Of a DNA stretch of 64,000 nucleotides, positions 40,521-53,093 are shown piece by piece; position 1 is the first letter of the stretch, and every line of letters begins with the position of its first letter. The stretch is from Octopus sinensis (taxonomy: Eukaryota): positions 21,390,001 to 21,454,000 of the forward strand of contig NC_043004.1 in the NCBI RefSeq assembly GCF_006345805.1, read 5' to 3'. The translations under genes were made by a program, and so were the position numbers. Under the pieces are notes generated by a model. The model worked only from the letters and a program-made list of their open reading frames with translations, ran no database searches and was not told the DNA's origin.

Positions 40521-42325
40521 TACACACACACACACACACATATTTTGACAGTCTCTCTAGGTGTTTCTCTAACCCTATCTCTCCTTCCTCTCACTACTGG
40601 GGCAGCCAAGTATCTCCTCCATAGAAAGACACCTATATCTCTATTATAATCTAAACTCTCAGAGGGGTTTTAATCCCACAAGTCACATGGTGACCCCATT
40701 GTTGTTGGTGACACAAAAAGCACCAGTGCCGGTACCATATAAAGAGCACCCTATGCACTCTGTGTTGTAGTTGGCATTAGGAAAGGGTATCCAAGCCATA
40801 GAAATCATGCCAAAGCAAAGGGTGGAACCTGGTTCAGCTTTCTAGCATAGCAACTCTTGTCGAAACGTCCAAGGCAAGACAAACGTTAAATAATAATGAT
40901 GATGATAATAACACACACACACACACACACACACATATATGCAATCATCTGCCAAAAAGCCTGCAATAAGTAGCAGAGAACTGTGCTAGAGAAGATCAAC
41001 CCAACCTTTTCTGTCATGAAAAATGAGTGAAAATGAGCATGTCATACACATGCCTATACTTGCATACAAATAATTATACCTATATGTGCTATTGTAAGTA
41101 CTATGAAAACTCCATAAATGGTCAGATGCTTTATCAGACAATCTTTTCCCATATTCCTTAGCTAGCATTTCTCAATTAAATTAAATTTAAAACTTTAAAG
41201 AATTCTTCAGATATATTACTAAAGATATAGATTCAGAATGAAATTATTTTGAGAGCTCAAATATTTCTATAAGCTATTAAAATTGTTTGTTTTAAAACCT
41301 TTTAAGCATGCAATGAAAATCATTTCCTTGAAAATTCTTGCTGTATCTTTCAATATTCTCTTATTTCCCTTCATGTAGATCTTTAAAAATAATTTTATTA
41401 AATTGATTTTTAGGTTGATGGTTTTTTAAACATTTTTGATACTGTTGTTTTTTTGTGATTGCCAAATCTTTTTATTCATGCAATACTAAGGAAATAGGAA
41501 AGATTTTGAGATGCTTGTTCCTAAAAAGTAAAAGCTCTTAGGTATAAAATGAAGAAATATATGATTTTGCAAGTGCAGCTTTTAGTGTAGTTTTGTTAAG
41601 GTTTCAACAATAATTGCACAATATTTCGTGGTTCATTCATAAAATATGTTTATACATGCTATCTATGATATACACATGCATAAATATGTTTGCTAGTGTG
41701 TGTGCATGTTGTGTAAATATATATATTAAATGTGTGTGTATGTGTGTGTGTACACGTGTGTATATATATATATATATATATATGCATGTGCATATATATC
41801 TATGAATATACACATATATATATATATATATATGTATGTATATATATATATCTATATCAATATTTATCTATGCATACATATGTATATATGTGTGTGTGTG
41901 TCTCCTATATTGGTATGTTCCTATATTTATGCATGTAGGCACAGAAACATGTCTACCCATCATAATGCATTGTGAGTGTTTCTATGTTTGTATACCTGCT
42001 GGTTGCTGTCTATTGGAAATTGAGTGGTACATGTGTCTGTATGTATGTGTGTGTGTGTGTGTGTGCATACTACTATGGGTGTGTGAGAAATGTGAAAAAT
42101 GAGTTGTTCAGTATGTGAGCATGGTCATCTATGTGTCATGTATTTTTGTATGTGTTGCCATACTTCTGTGAGTATTTGATATATGTACACATAAAGTTCA
42201 TACACAAACACATACAAAAATATAGTCTCATCCATGCATTTTGAAAAATTGGAAATCAAAATACTGCTTAGGATTTTTCAGCAAAAACAGTTTTGGTTTG
42301 TAGTTTTCTTTTTTAACTTCTGCAG

Positions 42326-42331
42326 AAATGG
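42326..42331 (+). other. Candidate 6-nt microexon AAATGG
   Basis: Acceptor ttttcttttttaacttctgcag directly followed by 6 nt and donor gtaact. Confidence 0.25.
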
Positions 42332-42642
42332 GTAACTCATATATCTCAGTTAATTAATTATATATGTTAATAACATAATTATATAACTGCTAAATCTTTT
42401 ACTCTCTTTAAACAGGTGTAGAACACAATTAAATTATGAATTATATGTATAATGAAACTTTTCTGCATTTTATTCTCTCTCCTTATGTATACATATATAT
42501 ATATAAACAGAGCTATTGATATATGCATTTGTATATGTGTGTATACATAATATGTATGTATTCATACTCAAAGTTTGATATATATATCTATATATATGTA
42601 TGTGTGTCTGTGTGTGTATACATATATATAGTTATGTGTGTG

Positions 42643-42674
<32 letters not shown>

Positions 42675-43048
42675 TGCATGTATGCATACATATTCATGCA
42701 CACATGCACACATACATATTTACATTTGATGTATATATTCTTTTACTTGTTTCAGTCATTTGACTGTGGCCATGCTGGAGCACTGCCCTAATATATAAAT
42801 ATAAATAATTATGGGTATACATACATACATGCATTCATTCATTCATTAGTTTTTACTTGTTTGAGTCATTGCACTTGCTGCCATGTGAGGGCAGGTGGAC
42901 TTCTTTCAGTTTCTGTCAATGAAATCCACTCACAGGACTTTAATCAGCCTGGGGCTATAATAGAGATCACTTGTCCAAGTAAGACTGAACCCCAAACCAC
43001 ATAGTTGGGAAGCTAGCTTCTTAACCACATGCCCAAGCCTACAACTAT

Positions 43049-43085
<37 letters not shown>

Positions 43086-43135
43086 CTGAGCATGTTTGTA
43101 TGTACATACTGCTGTGGCTATACAGACATATACAG

Positions 43136-43225
<90 letters not shown>

Positions 43226-43414
43226 TCAATATTTGCTTTATAAAAAAATTAATGACACTCACAACATCATGAGCATCTATGAACTTTCCATTTCTTTTTC
43301 TTTAAGTATTTATCTGAAATGGAGAAAGATAATGAAGAAAATAATCCCTGAATTTAAAATATGTCATGATTATCAATATCCAAGTGATATAAAATAAAAA
43401 CATATTTCATATGA

Positions 43415-43740
43415 ACTAAAATATTTTATATATATTATATAGCTTATAACATATATATAATAGCACATAATATGAAATGAAAATATAGCATATAACATGA
43501 AATAGGAACAAAGGATGTAATGGATGTAATATTAAATATAATATATAATATATCATATATATAATAAAATATATGTAATAAAATATTATATATATATATC
43601 ATATAGCTTATAACATATGTTTATATATAATATAACATATAATATGAAATGGAAATATAGCATATAACTTGAAATAGAAACATAAGATGTGATATCAAAT
43701 ATGATATACAATATATCACATAATATATAATATACTATAC
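43415..43740. repeat. AT-rich tandem duplication (~170-bp unit)
   Basis: atagcttataacatat...aatatgaaatg.aaatatagcatataac.tgaaatag occurs twice. Confidence 0.75.
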
Positions 43741-43955
43741 AGAACTCAATATAAAAATATTTATCCCTTAATTTTATTCTCAAGGTAAAAGCTTTGTAGT
43801 ACTGAATGATATTTTAATGCAATGCCATCCAACATGTCACATGAATATTGCTCCCAGGTTGCGAGAGTCACTTCATTTAAGACATTAAGAAGTTTTGAAA
43901 TTACATTTATTTTCATGTATTTTGAAGGTTAGTGGAGTGGAAAGAAAATATTTGT

Positions 43956-44019
<64 letters not shown>

Positions 44020-44437
44020 TATATATATAAATAATGAGATTGAAAACTCTCAAAAGAACATATTCTGTTCCAACCTCTGTCATTGAATTATAGATAAACA
44101 TAGAAGTATTTACCCACTAATTTAGCTTATCTGAAATTTTGTGGCCAGTAGGTTTTTATTCTTGAAAGCAATATTGTCCGTGATTCTGTTTGAACAGAGC
44201 AGAGCAAGACTTATCAATTAAATTAATATCTTTTAATGATTGGTTCTTGTTTTATAATGCACCAAGATGAAGAATTGGTAATAGCAAGTATAAGAAGAAT
44301 TGAACTTAGAATCATTATCCATAAGAATCATGATGTCTGCTCTCTGCAACAAATCTGTTACCTTGGCAATGTCTCTGTTATGTCGCTAAATGAATAGATG
44401 ATATGGCAGAATTATAGTCATTGTCTTCTTGTTTTAG

Positions 44438-44464
44438 ATTATATGTACCATAATCCTGTGTGTT
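44438..44464 (+). other. Candidate 27-nt microexon (IICTIILCV in phase 0, or DYMYHNPVC in phase 1)
   Basis: Acceptor gtcttcttgttttag, donor gtaaga. Confidence 0.3.
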
Positions 44465-44723
44465 GTAAGAGATGCCTAAAAGTGTCATAATCATCATTGT
44501 CATCGTTCACTGTCTTTTTTTCTATGCTATTTCCATGGTTTGGATCTGCCCAAACTTCAATTGTCTGTTTTAGCCTGGTTTCTATGGCTGGATGCCCTTC
44601 CCAATGCCAACTACTTTACAGTGTGTAATGTGCTTTTTACATGGAACTAGCACAGTTGTTTTATACATGGCACCAGCACAGGTGTTTCATACATGGCACC
44701 AGCACCAGTGCTTTTATGTGTCA

Positions 44724-44965
44724 CTGGCACAGGTGCCTTTTTATGAAGCACTGGCACAGATGCCCTTTTATATGAAACTGGCACAGGTGCCTTTTTATAA
44801 TGCACTGGCACAGATGCCCTTTTATATGAAACTGGCACAGGTGTCTTTTATGAGGCACTGGCACAGATGCCCTTTTATATGAAACTAGCACACGTGCCTT
44901 TTTATGATGCACTGGCACAGATGCCCTTTTATGTGAAACTGGCATGGGTGCCTTTTTATGTGGCA
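44724..44965. repeat. 27-bp minisatellite (9 units) with 54-bp A/B higher-order alternation, inside an RTE-tail SINE
   Basis: ctggcacag starts at 44724, 44751, 44778, 44805, 44832, 44858, 44885, 44912, 44939; units alternate -ggtgcc- and -gatgcc-. Confidence 0.9.
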
Positions 44966-45809
44966 CCTAAAAGGATTGGTGATGAAAGGGTTATCTGACT
45001 GTAAAACACTGCCACAAAATAGGAATCATGTTAAGTTCCATACTGGTGATCCCTATGCCAACCCCTTAAGCAAGAAAACTGTACTTAAAGTAAATGCTTA
45101 TAGTATGTTGTTGTGGTGGAATTATAGCATATGTGCCTAAAGAATTAAGGCATTGTGGATGAATGAAACTGGTAATTATTTGACGGATTTAAAATGGAAT
45201 ATGAACCAGCAAGAGAAATGCTGATCATGGGTACATTTCCTGATGTAACATTTCTTGACTTCAATACCAAGCTGCACCATACTGAACATGCATTGTGTTA
45301 CACTGTACTATATCACACGGCACTATACAATAATATTCCACACTTAAACCATGCTGCAATACACTTCATTATACTGTACTATACCTCACTATATTATATT
45401 ACTACATATAGCACACTACAATACAAGCCATACACCATAATGGTATACAATGCTTAGTGATATAATATCATACACCACATTGTTTTATCCCTTACAATGC
45501 ATCACCATGCAACACTTCAGTGTTGCTTGGCTGATTTAAAGTGCATTCATTTATTCTCCTCAGCTAATTTGGTTGGTTTGTTATAAAGTTTCTCTTATTG
45601 ATTGTACAACTAAAACTCAGTTTCAAATTATTTCTATCAAATTATTTTCTGTATCAGCTATAAATAGAGAATTGTTTATTTATTTGTGCTGGAAGGCTTT
45701 TAGACCTAATATTTAATAAGAGGGAGAGGATAACTCATATACTGTTTCAGTATTTTTTCTTACTCTTGGACAGTGGGGAATTAGGTGTATATATAATCTT
45801 ATTTTCCAG

Positions 45810-45836
45810 TTGCTTAGTTCCTAATGCTTTACTGTG
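45810..45836 (+). other. Candidate 27-nt microexon
   Basis: Acceptor atcttattttccag, donor gtaggt; open only in phase 2 (CLVPNALL), or terminal LLSS* in phase 0. Confidence 0.2.
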
Positions 45837-46983
45837 GTAGGTGGTTGCATTGTCAAAAATTGAAAATTTCTATATTTCATTACAGGTTAGAGAATCTAAT
45901 TCACAGAATTATATGTAAATTCAAAATTTTCATTAGGTTTGCTATTATGAATGTGTTTTATAATTACGTTGCAAATAATATTTATAAAATTTTCATAACC
46001 GGGTGAGGAGTAATAGTTATTTTTCAGCTGAAATTATCATAAATATTAATTAAGTTTTTATTTTATGTGTCCAATATGTTTTATTGGCATGCTGGTTATA
46101 GTCAACTCATCAGTTTTACATAAGCCTGTATTTATTGCAATGAATTCTGTTTCGAATATTTCAAGAATATGTGTATAGACATTAAAGAGATAAGCAATGC
46201 TGCAAGTCTATAAAACATTATGCATATTTGTTAAAAGATGTTAAATCAGATGAACACGGTTTTTGATGGATAAATTTTTTTTTCTCTTTTCCAGTAGATT
46301 AAATTTTTCTCACATCTATACATTTGTTTTGAGAATGATATACATAATACAATAGCAACTCACAAATGGTGAACTCCTTGAAATGCAATCTGTCTCGAAA
46401 TGAAATACTTCATTCAATACAATTTATTACCAAGAAAAATGACTTGTAGAAAAGACTTCAAAGGCCAAGATATATGTATATATGGAGTAAATAATAAATT
46501 GTTGAAATTAAACAGTTATCTTGCAATTTTGTAATTTCAAGAGAAATATGTGGCTGTGTGGTAAGAAGCTTGCTTCCCAACCATAGTTCAATCCCACTGC
46601 ATGGCACCTTGATCAAGTGTCTTCTGCTATAGGCTTGGCCAAACAAATCCTTGTGAATGGATATGGTTGATGGGAACTGAAGCCCATCATATGTATGCAA
46701 GTATGTATATATATCTATGTGTATGTGTATTTGTGTATGTACTTGTTCCTCACCATCCCTTGCCAGCTGGGTTCGATTTGTGCATGGCTCTATGACTTAG
46801 CAGTTTGGTAAAAGAAACTGACAGAATAAGTACCAGGCTTATATGATAAAAAAAAAGTACTGGGGTTGATTTGCTTATTTGACTAAAACCCTGTAAGGTG
46901 GCACCACAGTCCAATGACTATTTCCTTATGCTTTACTTTTGTTCTGTAGTAAATATGTATATATATATATTATGTGTGTGTGT

Positions 46984-47225
46984 GAAGGCGCATGGCTCAG
47001 TGGTTAGAGCGTCGAGCTTACGATCATGAGGTTGTGAGTTCGAATCCTGGACCAGGCTCCATGTTGTGTTCTTGAGCAAGACACTATTCACGTTGCTCCA
47101 GTTCACTCAGCTGTAGAAATGAGTTACATCACAGGTGCCAAGCAGCATCTGCTGTTGCCTTTCCCTTGGATAACACTAGTGGTGTGGAGAGGGGAGGCCG
47201 GTATGAATGGGCAACTGCTGGCCTT
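46984..47225 (+). mobile_element. tRNA-derived SINE with CORE-like central region
   Basis: A/B boxes (cagtggttagagc, gagttcgaatcc), then tgtgttcttgagcaagacact...ttgctccagttcactcagctg. Confidence 0.8.
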
Positions 47226-47389
47226 ATTTGTAAACTTTAAACTGAACTTCAATTGTTTTATAAACCTAACAGCGTGGTGGTACGTAAATAAACGGCGTAA
47301 ATTAACGAAGGTATAAACCTGACATAAATACACGAAGTTGACGACAGATTTTTCTACTTTCACTTCTGACAGCTAATACCATGACAGTC

Positions 47390-48905
47390 TCACGCCCTGG
47401 TTCAGCCCTTTATTGTTATTATGTAAATGGCTGATTGATACATTTATTAGTGGTGTAACTAACCTGCTTACTAACAATAACAGTAAAAGACCAAACGAGT
47501 GCATGTGGTTATTACTACCGAAATAATGCCTCTCCCAAGATTCAATAGTATTTCTTTCAACACACGAATTCACATCAAGAATCAGGCAAATCAAATACAA
47601 ATACGACCTATGATAAGCTCCAGCCAAGCCAGCAAGATGTTGAAGGACACTGTGTTCTGCAGTCTAAAAATCAAAATAACCACCAGACAGCCTCACTTTA
47701 TTAAGAACTGTATCATTTCCAAGCTATATATATATCAAGGCCTCAACTCAACTGTAAAATGACTCAGGCTCACAGAAGGTCAAGCTGGTAGACTAAGGCT
47801 CACGCTACTGATCAACATCAAAAAGAGAATACACAAAGAAATTAGCCAGTGCCAAAAGAGAAAAAGAATCCTGCAAGAGAAACTCAAGAACATAATTCCA
47901 CCATACGAGGGATCAAGACTCGTAGAGATAATCCAACGAGAGTATAACTGCATAAACCGAGCCTGTAACAAACACTTCAGTAACGAATTGAAATGGATGA
48001 GACAACAATGACAACCACAACAACATGTGAGAAACAAAAGCAGATACCCAAACAACATCGACGGATTTGTGATGTCAGACAGCGAACTACAACTCTATCA
48101 CAAATGATAACAATCACACACCTGGAGTGTATGGTGCAATACAACTGGATAAAAACGAAATGTGTGCCCTAGGATTACCACCAAAGTATGCCAAATATAA
48201 GAAGGTCAGTAAGACCAATTGTCTGTCCAAAATTAACAAAATATTCACTAAGATTAGGTGGAGGTTAGGACATTACCACTACAGTAACAGCACAAATGTA
48301 AGAAGCCACCACGACAGTAGCACAGCTAGGTATTATAGCTTTTTTAGGATACCTTGAGCTTTCTCTTAGGTTATATTAATATAGTATATTCTCTATTTAA
48401 TTTTGTTACAAAGTGCCTTTCAAAAGGAAAAGATCCAAAACTTTATCTTATGCATACGAAAAATGACATAAGTTAGTATTTAAATACACACATACAGACA
48501 CACATACTTACATATAAACACACACACATCCAGACATACACACACTCAGATACTCATCTCGGGCAGAACTCGGACAAATCCCCAAACTGGAACATAAGTT
48601 TTAAACAAAATGGAAGTAGAGAGACGTGTCACTGAAGAGATTTCAAAAATGTTATGAAATAATTATTTGGCAAATAAAAATAAAATAAGAAATGGCAGTA
48701 TGAACAATACTGAACATTTGAACAATCGATTAACTGTTTGACTAAAGTGTTTAACATACAAGTTAGAAAAACTAGAGAAAGAAAACGGCTGATCGATAAA
48801 TTTGTTAGTGATGTAACTAACCCATTAACTAACAATAACAATAAAGGACTGAACCAGTGTGTGTTTATTATGACCACCATAATGCCCCTACCAATGTTCA
48901 ATAGT
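47390..48905 (+). mobile_element. Penelope-like element relic: N-terminal ORF region between direct repeats
   Basis: Relics HFIKNCIISKL, ...LQEKLKNII..., EMCALGLPPKYAKY..KIRW. ~120-bp diverged direct repeat at 47430-47548 / 48790-48905, and a short inversion of it at 47397-47420. Confidence 0.6.
48628..48671 (+). ncRNA. Minimal hammerhead-like motif (weak stem II)
   Basis: GTCA CTGAAGA gat...tat GAAAT AATT ATT^TGGC; palindromic ATAATTAT; lies within the PLE relic. Confidence 0.45.
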
Positions 48906-49166
48906 ATATATAAAATATATAATATATATGTGTGTGTGTATGTATATATATTGCCATGATTGACTGCTAGCTACTAAAGCTTTTTTTATTCTCTCTCTGT
49001 TTATTTTCTGTTGAAGAATGTAGGCTCGAAACGTAAAAGACTTTCTCACCTTCCCAGGCATTAAACTAATACACCTGTTTGTTGCTTACACACCTGTCTT
49101 CGACTTTTGTTTTTTTGTAAATTCCAACTATGTATATATATATATATATATGTTTGTGTGTGTGTG

Positions 49167-49218
<52 letters not shown>

Positions 49219-49362
49219 TATGTGTATATATATATGTTTACACACACACACATATATATATGTAAATCCCAAAAAATGAAGAACAAACACAAAAGATACA
49301 ACAATGCAAGGACGTGGTACATGTAAAATATTAGCAGATACTCGGGGAAGGAAAGAAAGGTG

Positions 49363-49397
49363 GTTTTACATTTCGAGCAAAGTTCTTCTTCAGAAAC
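49363..49397 (-). ncRNA. Minimal hammerhead motif, decayed copy of the 52086 family
   Basis: GTTT CTGAAGA AGAAC TTT GCTC GAAAT GTA AAAC. A further decayed copy lies on + at ~49005-49040. Confidence 0.55.
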
Positions 49398-49532
49398 AGA
49401 GGAAAGTCGAATAGAAAAGAAAGACAGAAGAAAAAAGATCACCAACAATTCACATGTGGTTACATTTTGTACATATATATATGTGCATTGGTTGGCAGTC
49501 ATTTCCTGGGGATTTTGATCTATAATAGTACT

Positions 49533-51957
49533 CTTCAGAGAACATCTGGCAGACTGTTGTCTGCAAAGTTTTCTAATCTGTTCAGAGTTTCTTCGGCAAG
49601 AATTTTCCTTGTGATGGAGAATAATGATATACCAAGGTAAATGCCACAGATGTTACAATCCCTATTCTTAAATATTGTGACAATGAGTGCATCTTTAAAC
49701 TCATTTGCAATGTATTTGGCTTCCCACATTCCTAGGATCAAAGGGTGCAGGTGGATCATTAAGGGTAGACCACCATGTAGGAGGAGGACCTCTGCAGGAA
49801 TTTCGTGTGGACCTGCACCTTTTCTGTGGTGCATGTACCTCAATGCTACATGAAATCCATTGTAGATGGGTGGAACAGACATCCAAAGTTGAGGGAGGTA
49901 TTGTGGAACTTTGTTTAGACAATCATCTGTAATAGTTGTATCCCTATTGAGCAGGGCATTGAAATGTTCCAACATGACCTCTATCTGTCATGTAAGGATG
50001 CCATTACTCTCCATCAAGCGGGTGTTGTCTACTGACAGGAGGGTCCCCACTACAGACTGGACTGGATCAGACAATATATCACCTTGGTTCCTGCATTAAA
50101 GATGCAATGATCTCTGGTGTTGGCAAAGTGCTGCAGTTCTTCGGCCCCTTTTGTTTCCATTGGTTATTTTGCATTTCCTTTAGTGTGGTTCGACATTAAG
50201 CTTTCAGACGTTCAAATTCCACCTGTTTCCTTCTATCGATTGTGGGTCTTGATCATAGCTAATTCAAGCTTTTCATTTTGCATCTGTTAGCATTGTCATT
50301 TCAAGGCCTTTACTAATCAAATCAGTCTTGGTTTGCCTTCTTCTAAATCCAATGGTTATTTCAACTGCATCTTTTACCACTTCTCAAATTTCAGTCCGTG
50401 TTCATTGATGTCCTATTGGGTGGGTTCAAAGCAAGGCACTGCTAGAATTCCATTTGTAAGTTCTCAGATACAGTTGGGTCTCATAACTTGGTCAGATCAT
50501 ACCATTTTCTTGCCTCATTTTGTAAACAATTTCAGTGTTTACTACAAAGGTTTAACTTTAGTCTTGTGATTAGCAGATGGTGATCTTTCCTGCAGTCATC
50601 AGCCCTGGTATACGTCTGGCAATGAGAATGTCCTTCTTATGGCACTACCTTACAATGTAGTCAAGAGTGTGCCACTTTTTTGATTGTGGGTATTTCCAGG
50701 TTGTTTTATGCCAGGTCGTGAGTTGTGACTGGGTACTTGTGATGAACAGCTCATGTTCAGCACAGGTGCCAAGAAGGAGCTGACCATTTTCATTACAGTT
50801 TCCAATTTCTTCTCTCTTAGTTATATTTGGCCATAATCGGTGGTCCTGTTCTACTCAAGCATTAAAGTCATCCAAGAGCAGGAGGTGGTCTCTCCTTGGA
50901 ACATGTCAGACAGTGGTACCCAGTTGCTGCTAAAATGCCTCTTTGATGTCTTCCTCTGCATCAAGTACTGGGGCATAAGCAGATATCTGGGTCATGAAGT
51001 GGGATGCATATTATCTTAGGACATGGAATGCATATTATTATGAGGTGCTTGTTGATGGCTTTGGATGCCAGGCTGTGCTTTCTGACAACTTGACTCCTGA
51101 TGGTAGAAACCAGCACCATAGTCATGCAGATCTTTCTGGATTTTGCCCTTCCAAAAGAAGGGGTAACAAGCTCTGGTTTCTTCTCACTGGCCTTCTTCTG
51201 GTATGCAGGTCTCACTTAAAGCAGCAATGTCAACTTTGAATCTGGCAAGTTCCTTTGAAACGAGTACTGTTCTTTGCTCAGAACACTCTGTGCCCTTTCA
51301 GTCTAAGAGAGTTCGTACATTGCAGGACCCACTAATGCAGTTCCATAAACCAGGTGTATAATGTGACTACTGGACCTTCTCAATTTGAGGTGGGCAGCAG
51401 TACTCCTAAAAAGGACTGCCCAGTCGCAGGTGCAGGATCAGATTCCTGTGTCAACATAGGTCATAGGAAACTGACCATCACATAACTGCTGCTGAAGTGC
51501 AGCTCTGGACCAGGAGCTTCCTGCTACATTACAGCCTGCTCCCAACATCCTTATACCATCACCTTTGGACTTTTGTAAAACTTGGGGAGTAGGAAAGAAG
51601 CAGAAGAAGATGCTGAAATGAGCCATTGGCATGAAATTGTTTAAGGTGGACGACAGCTTGTTGGGCAGAAAATCATACACTATGACACCAGGCCCTTGTT
51701 TTGTGGCAGCCATGGTGTGACATGCTGACTCCAGATCTTTGAAGATCACCTGTGAAGTTGTAGCTCCAAATCTATGGTCCCTCACCTTCCTCAGCCAGAG
51801 TGACTGGCAGGAAGATTTTAAGTTAAAGTTTGGTGGCATTGGGGGTGTCACTGTGTGACCTTTATCTACCAGGAGAACCTGGGAACAATAACAATAAAGA
51901 TGTGTTTCCATACTCCTCAGATCATCCAGTCTCCAGATCAGTGGCATTGCTGCTGGA
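49533..51957 (-). mobile_element. RTE (BovB-like) LINE, 5' half: 5' UTR, APE endonuclease, start of RT; defective
   Basis: ORF relics ..ICLCPST (~ISAYAPT), RKGAGPHEIPAEV, KDALIVTIFKNRDCNICGIYLGISLFSITRKILA; multiple stops and frameshifts. Confidence 0.9.
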
Positions 51958-52085
51958 TGTAGTTTATTGTTATATATATATATATAAAGTTAATCCAAAC
52001 AAGAAAGCACAAAAAACACAACAACGCGAGGACGTGGAACAAATATAGTATTATTGGACGCTCAGGAAAGAAGGAAAGAAGGAGG

Positions 52086-52120
52086 GTTTAACGTTTCGAG
52101 CGGAGCTCTTCGTCAGAAAC
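52086..52120 (-). ncRNA. Ultra-minimal type I hammerhead ribozyme, intact core, in a short TA-flanked element (~51985-52146)
   Basis: GTTT CTGACGA A GAGC TCC GCTC GAAA CG TT^AAAC; extra A before stem II, palindromic ACGT stem III; CpGs preserved. Confidence 0.75.
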
Positions 52121-52158
52121 ATAGGAGAAGGAAAGATCCAGAGAGATTATATATATAC

Positions 52159-53093
52159 ATTCAAAAATAAGGGTGAAAAATTAGATATTAATTTAATAAT
52201 ACCATTAGTTTAACACTGAGCGACCTAGCACATAACAAACCAGGGAGATGATACATATTTATCCGTAAATATAAAAGAGTTAACGTTAAATAGGTCAACT
52301 CTAGTGCTAGAAATAGCTCCGTATTCTGGTATAGCCGCCGACGATACCTCCATATAGAAATAGCACTAGCCTCAACGTAAGGAAAGTGAAAAACAACTAA
52401 AAAATAGATTAATGTTGTACAATTGTTTCTTTATCAATATAATATTCAAATTATATTCACATATATATCTATAAATAATCAGCAACATTTGTCATTGATT
52501 CAATTTATCAGGCCTACACGGGCGACGATTACCCATGCGGTCTAATCGATTGCATTCAGGGTTGTAGTTGCAAGTTCCCCGCCAAAAGCATATGCTAAGA
52601 CTTAGTGGAAGTGGATACCGCATGTAATATTTACTGCAGCGTATCAATTTCATAAATGCAAGGTCACTTGGTGTTAAACTAATGGTATTATTAAATTAAT
52701 ATCTAATTTTTCACCCTTATTTTTGAATTTATGAAATTGATACACTGCAGTAAATATTACATGCGGTATCCACTTCCACTAAGTCTTAGCATATGCTTTT
52801 GGCGGGGAACTTGTAACTACAACCCTGAATGCAATCGATTAGACCGCATGGGTAATCGTCGCCCGTGTAGGCCTGATAAATTGTATCAATGACAAATGTT
52901 GCTGATGATTTATAGATATATATGTGAGTATAATTTGCATATTATATTGATAAAGAAACAATTGTACAACATTAATCTATTTTTTAGTTGTATTTCACTT
53001 TCCTTACGTTGAGGCTAGTGCTATTTCTATGTGGAGGCTATTTCTAGCACTAGAGTTGACCTATTTAACGTTAACTCTCTTATATTTACGGAT
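52159..53093. repeat. Fold-back element with interleaved inverted repeats A-B-A'-B'
   Basis: A 52159-52229 / A' 52657-52728; B 52261-52657 / B' 52727-53093 (few mismatches, one ~30-bp deletion). TA runs at both ends. Confidence 0.95.
52895..52973 (+). ncRNA. Type I hammerhead ribozyme in arm B' (intact core); mirror copy at 52411-52489(-) has CUGAUUA
   Basis: AATGTTG CTGATGA [TTTAT..~20-bp stem II..ATAAA] GAAAC AATT GTA^CAACATT; 7-bp helix I. Confidence 0.85.

Noticed and set aside
44724-44965. CRISPR-like regular repeat
   Set aside because: Contiguous tandem units with no unique spacers, eukaryotic context, no cas genes.
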